DNA of 64,000 nucleotides, taken from positions 5,766,001 through 5,830,000 of the forward strand of contig OX442314.1 in NCBI GenBank assembly GCA_949358305.1, written 5' to 3'. Below, in pieces: positions 59,569 to 64,000 of this stretch. A program made the translations under genes and the position numbers. The notes beneath the pieces were generated by a model. The model made no database searches and had not been told where the DNA came from. It saw nothing but the letters and a program-made list of their open reading frames with translations. The stretch comes from Strigamia acuminata. Its lineage: Eukaryota. The stretch's first letter is position 1. Every line of letters begins with the position of its first letter.

Positions 59569-60242
59569 TGTCACGGGCACGTCTACCCGCCTATTTTTAT
59601 TTTAGAATAACCCGATCTTATTTCTTATAATATTTTCTTGTTTCTCTCACTTGTGATGATTCATCTCACTTACTCATCTTCATTTAATGAATGCGCAATC
59701 TGGCTGATGCGCATATCATTATTCTTAACAATTGAACTCCTATTTTCACCTTTCCACCCCCTTCTCTAATTGATCTGACCAGTCACATGACTGAGTTTTC
59801 CTCTTTCCAATCATCCTAAGTTTAATCACTTCTTCTTATGCTCTCTACTGGATAACACCATTCTCCTTTAGTAACATTTAGATTTAGTCCTCTATTATTT
59901 GCGCCTTCAACAAGCGCTCCTACATCTAACCCTATTGCGCCATTTTCAATGCCGACATCTTTTATATTATCACTGCCCGATGATATCCCCTTCCCACTTT
60001 AGGTTTATATCATCGTGCTTTCATTCTTTTACGCCTACAAACACCCGTCGTAAGCAAGGAACTGTCCAATATAAATTATGTTAGTCAAACGAGAGTATTA
60101 GGTTTCCTGAGTTTCTGGATGTCCACATTTGAAGGAAACAACGTTTAGGGAAATCTACGAACTTTGCCCATTACTATTGCGCGAATTAGTTTTTGCGCGA
60201 TATTGTTAGGAATTAATTATACCAACAGAATTAATCGTGACA
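59569..60242 (+). repeat. Family B 3' LTR, 674 bp
   Basis: TGTCACG...CGTGACA inverted ends; first 222 bp match 28067-28288. Confidence 0.88.
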
Positions 60243-62207
60243 AAGTTTAACTTCAAAAACAAAACCTTACTTGATAACACAAATATCATTCATTGGTACA
60301 GCTATAACTTCTAGCAAATCATTTGTCCGGAAATTATTGACAATAAATATTGAAAAAACATATGATTACGTATGCCCAATAGCTCCGTATCTTGTAAGTA
60401 GTACTGCACCCCGTATAATGTATCGGAAAATGCAATTTTTATTATTTTTTTCTCCTATTTTTGCTTAGGTTTCCATGTCATTTTACGATTTTGGAAGGAA
60501 CATTCATGTCGAAACACAAAACCTTGGGGAGACATTAAAAATAAATTTGAATTTTAACAAAGTAAACTTTTAAATTGCTAATAAACCTAGCAAGTAATAT
60601 TTTTATTACATTTCAGTTTATATTTTTGAATTCACCTAAGAGTTCATGCTCCAGTGAAAACGAATACAAAGAATGCTATCGTGGATGTTTGATGAAAAAA
60701 TTTAAAGAACATTTGACATGCAGGTGAGAATGCGGGATGTAGAGTCAATAACTTACAATCAGAAAAATAAGAAAACATTTTCTTTGCAAGCTTTCTCTTT
60801 GCAAAGACCGATTTACCACTTTGCAAATGTTCGAATAAGACACACGAGCTGTATGGTATTGCAAATCGTTTAATTGAAACAACAAATCCAATTGCTGATT
60901 GTTTCTGTCGACGTCCATGCGAACAGTTAATGTTTATAACATACACTGATGCCGGCATAACAGATGACAAAAACACTGTATCCATGTCGTTAGCAATAAC
61001 TAATGATAGAATCAACGTGTATGAAGAACGGTTCACATATGATATTATTGCTTTACTGTCAGATTTAGGAGGCAATCTGGGCCTATTTCTCGGTCTGTCT
61101 TTAACCTCATTGCCTGAAATCGCTTGGTATGTAGCAAACATTCGGAAAAAAAAACCGGTTAATAAGATTCGCCGTGTTTATGACAAATGCACAAAGAATA
61201 TAATTGCTAGTCACGAGCTAAGTAGAAGAAATGTATTTTCACTTCATCTTAAGACAATTCTGGTTATCATTTGCTCGGGAGTCACTTTGTATTGCTTGCA
61301 AATTCGTGTAAACTACTACATTGAAGAGCCGATAACAAAAATTGTGAGAATAGTTCCACGACGCTTTACCCAATATCCAACAGTCACGGTCTGCGGCGAA
61401 ACACAAGATGATGATATTGATGAAGCCAGATTGAATTGGTTGAAACAAACTAAGAAAACCTGCAATAATCTATCACCGTGGCAGTTGTTCAATGGCAACC
61501 TGTCATTAGAAGACATCTGGAACATTCTTAATGTCACATTCAATAATGACTTAACCTATACGGTATATTCCTAAATATAATCATGACAAGAAAATTAGAC
61601 TAAATTATTTGATATTTATAGTATTTTCGTGGATATAAAACAATAGTTAACACATCAAAAGTTCTCATTCCCCTTCCGTTTGGCCATTGTACACAAATAA
61701 ATGCAGGTATGTACAGTGTATAAGTGAAGCATTTCACAAACACTTGGATTCGATTTTCTTTTCTTCCAGAAAAATCAACCAACTTAATGGTTCACCTCAA
61801 TGTTGCTTTCGAATTCCTAACTCCTCCTGAAGTATGTTACCAGCATATAAAGGTAAGCTAAAATCAATTGGTTTTCTATCGTCCAGCAATGACAATGGGT
61901 GGAATGAATCAATTTTATCTAACCTAAAACACAAGGCCACACATTTTGGAATTTTTTTTATTGTTCAGTTATTTCTAAATAACCCAAAAGAGGAAGTTAA
62001 CCTTCTGGAACCATTAGATGTAATGTATGGATGGGCGAATGAAGCAACACTCCGAATATTTAAAGTAACAAAACAAACAATTTACTGTGTACGAATACGG
62101 TAAATCATGTTTATGCTGACCTTGATTTTACCAAATAGATTGTACGAAGAAATACAAAGCGCAATCCATGTGAAGAAAACAAAACTGCTTATTTCAAGTG
62201 TGTGTAA
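60243..62207 (+). CDS. Multi-exon DEG/ENaC gene segment with two subunit repeats fused in frame
   Basis: Phase-consistent GT-AG exons ~60243-60393, 60469-60561, 60617-60723, 60791-61562, 61622-61706, 61770-61852, 61969-62064, 62139-~62204; Cys-rich thumb (C..GC...C, CFCRRPC), TM2 LLSDLGGNLGLFLGLS, then a second TM1 and YPTVTVC, PFGHCTQIN; TAA at 62205 unless spliced out. Confidence 0.85.
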
Positions 62208-62227
62208 TTGGCTAATTGTATTTACGT

Positions 62228-63978
62228 TGTGATGATTACAAATCCGTATTTATCAATGTTCACAATAGATGGCGCTGTTTACCAAACGCGCGTAATTCAA
62301 ACTCGATAAAACTAAAAAGTGTGATAAATAATTATTTAGACACGGTGAATAAAATATAACTATTTTATTTGATATAAACTAAGTATTATTTACTTGACAA
62401 AGTTGATTCTATCGAATCAATATCCACATTACTTACCTGTCGAAGGGGGCCAATTGGACCCTTCCCACCCCCAACTGGGCCCATCTGGACGTAGTCATAT
62501 ATTAGGTCCGGACTAGTGACCCACGAATCCGCCGATTCGTACGCTGATTGGCTGTCGCCAATCTAGTAGTTCTACAGAACTATATAAGCATCAGTTTCTC
62601 ACCCACTCACCCCCCTGGCTTGATAACTGAACTTGTATATTGTCTGTAGTTGAATTGTTATCGTTTGATTTCATTATTCTCTATCGACACATCAGGCCAC
62701 CTCAGTTCTCCACAATTAGTATTCATTACTATTTTGTTATTACTGTTGTAGGGCATTTTCGGGAAGACCAACCCGGTAATAGACATGCGCTCGCATGAAA
62801 TGGTCCCGTAACGTTAGCCAGCTGTTCTACGGGACAGTAGGATTTCGTACGGTGGCTTAATATAACGGCCATACACAGTAAGGCCTTGCTAGATGAAAGT
62901 AGGTCCCTCAGCTAACTGGCCTCAGTCCGCTGCAGGATGGTTGTTGTAAACAGCCCACGCAGGTTCCCGTCTTTCTACGATTGGTCCTTCCGCTCGTTAA
63001 AAGTCGGTAAAGGCCTAATGCACAGGTAACACGCCGGGTTGGTAGCCCGTGAGTAATATCTTCAAGATGTTGCGAGAAACAACTACCTGGATAATGGTAA
63101 TCCAACGGCAGTGGCCAAGTAATATTTTACCCGGTGCTCGATCAATGGATCCCGTCATCGTAAGGCATGCTGGCGGATGGAGGAGTCAAATCCTCCCGCG
63201 ATGGTTCTCTCGACCGTCGTGACGGTCCCCGCCCCATCGTACCCTCCGGGTTAGTAACCCGTGAACGATATATAAAATATATCGTGTTAAACAAATTACT
63301 CGGGCATTGGTAATCCTGTATTGGCAATATCTTTTAAACCCGGTAAGTCCATAGAAATGTTTACCTGGTGGTTGGTACCACCGATAGCGAATTAAAGAGT
63401 ACAATTAAATACTCCGCGCCTGATCACGAGATCTTGTCGTCGTAAGGCATGCTGGCGGATGGAGTCTCAACAACTCCCGCGACGTTCTCTCAATTGTCGT
63501 GACGGTCCCCGCCCAATTAATATTTATATAACAATTCATTTGTTATATTCCATTAATCACTTTACATTTATTCATTTGGAATATGGAATATTCTGCCGAA
63601 TATTCCTATTTGTGCGAAGGACTCTTTGCATCATTAGATACTCGAGCTGCGGACCAAATACGTCTCCGTAGCGTTATTTGTGACGATGCCGCAAGTCAGC
63701 CGTATCCCTTTGGCTTCGCCCGGATCCTCAACCAGTTGATGCCGCCCGTTTACACGCGTCAAGAACCCAATTATGTTATCGTTAATATTTAGTAATAAAT
63801 ATGTTATGTCACACTAATACTGTAAGTTATTTCTACTCAGTCATTGATTCATATTTTACACAGACTTCCGTAAGCTTATCTCGGTTAGGTTGTTGCTACT
63901 CCTAGCAACGTCTTGTTTAAACCGATTATTTATCTATCTTAAATGGCTATTAAATCAGCCAAAAGTAGAATCGTCACA
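62228..63978 (+). mobile_element. Solo LTR of family A
   Basis: 1751-bp reverse complement of the 23147 LTR; 4-bp TSD ACGT on both sides; no PBS or PPT adjacent. Confidence 0.96.
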
Positions 63979-64000
63979 ACGTCATACGAACGTATGACGT

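Larger units (their letters stand above)
28067..60242 (+). mobile_element. Ty3/Gypsy LTR retrotransposon, family B, with several nested insertions
   Basis: Partial 5' LTR, gag, pol, ORF3, PPT, 674-bp 3' LTR; flanks TAGT/AAGT are only an imperfect 4-bp TSD. Confidence 0.88.

Overview
Eukaryotic, probably arthropod, DNA (TTAGG arrays, short GT-AG introns) that is about 90% nested transposons inside and around a DEG/ENaC (pickpocket/ASIC-type) channel locus. Left: two head-to-tail, defective, minus-strand copies of a Ty3/Gypsy family ('A'; tRNA-Gln PBS, ~1.74 kb LTRs) carrying a conserved non-env third ORF. Centre: a second Gypsy element ('B', 28067-60242, + strand). Its 5' end is replaced by a Polinton/Maverick capsid-gene fragment. 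Its pol is split by a 10.5 kb foldback element that holds an intact Copia and a MITE. It has its own 941-aa third ORF, and its 3' UTR holds a young gag-only LTR element ('C'). Right: DEG/ENaC exons in which one subunit's TM2 reads in frame into the next subunit's TM1, then a solo family-A LTR. Most interesting: the fused DEG/ENaC subunits, zinc-finger accessory ORFs at the env position of two different Gypsy families, and a strong element-wide enrichment of the palindrome TTGCGCAA in element B. All family assignments come from motif recognition by eye; no database searches were run.
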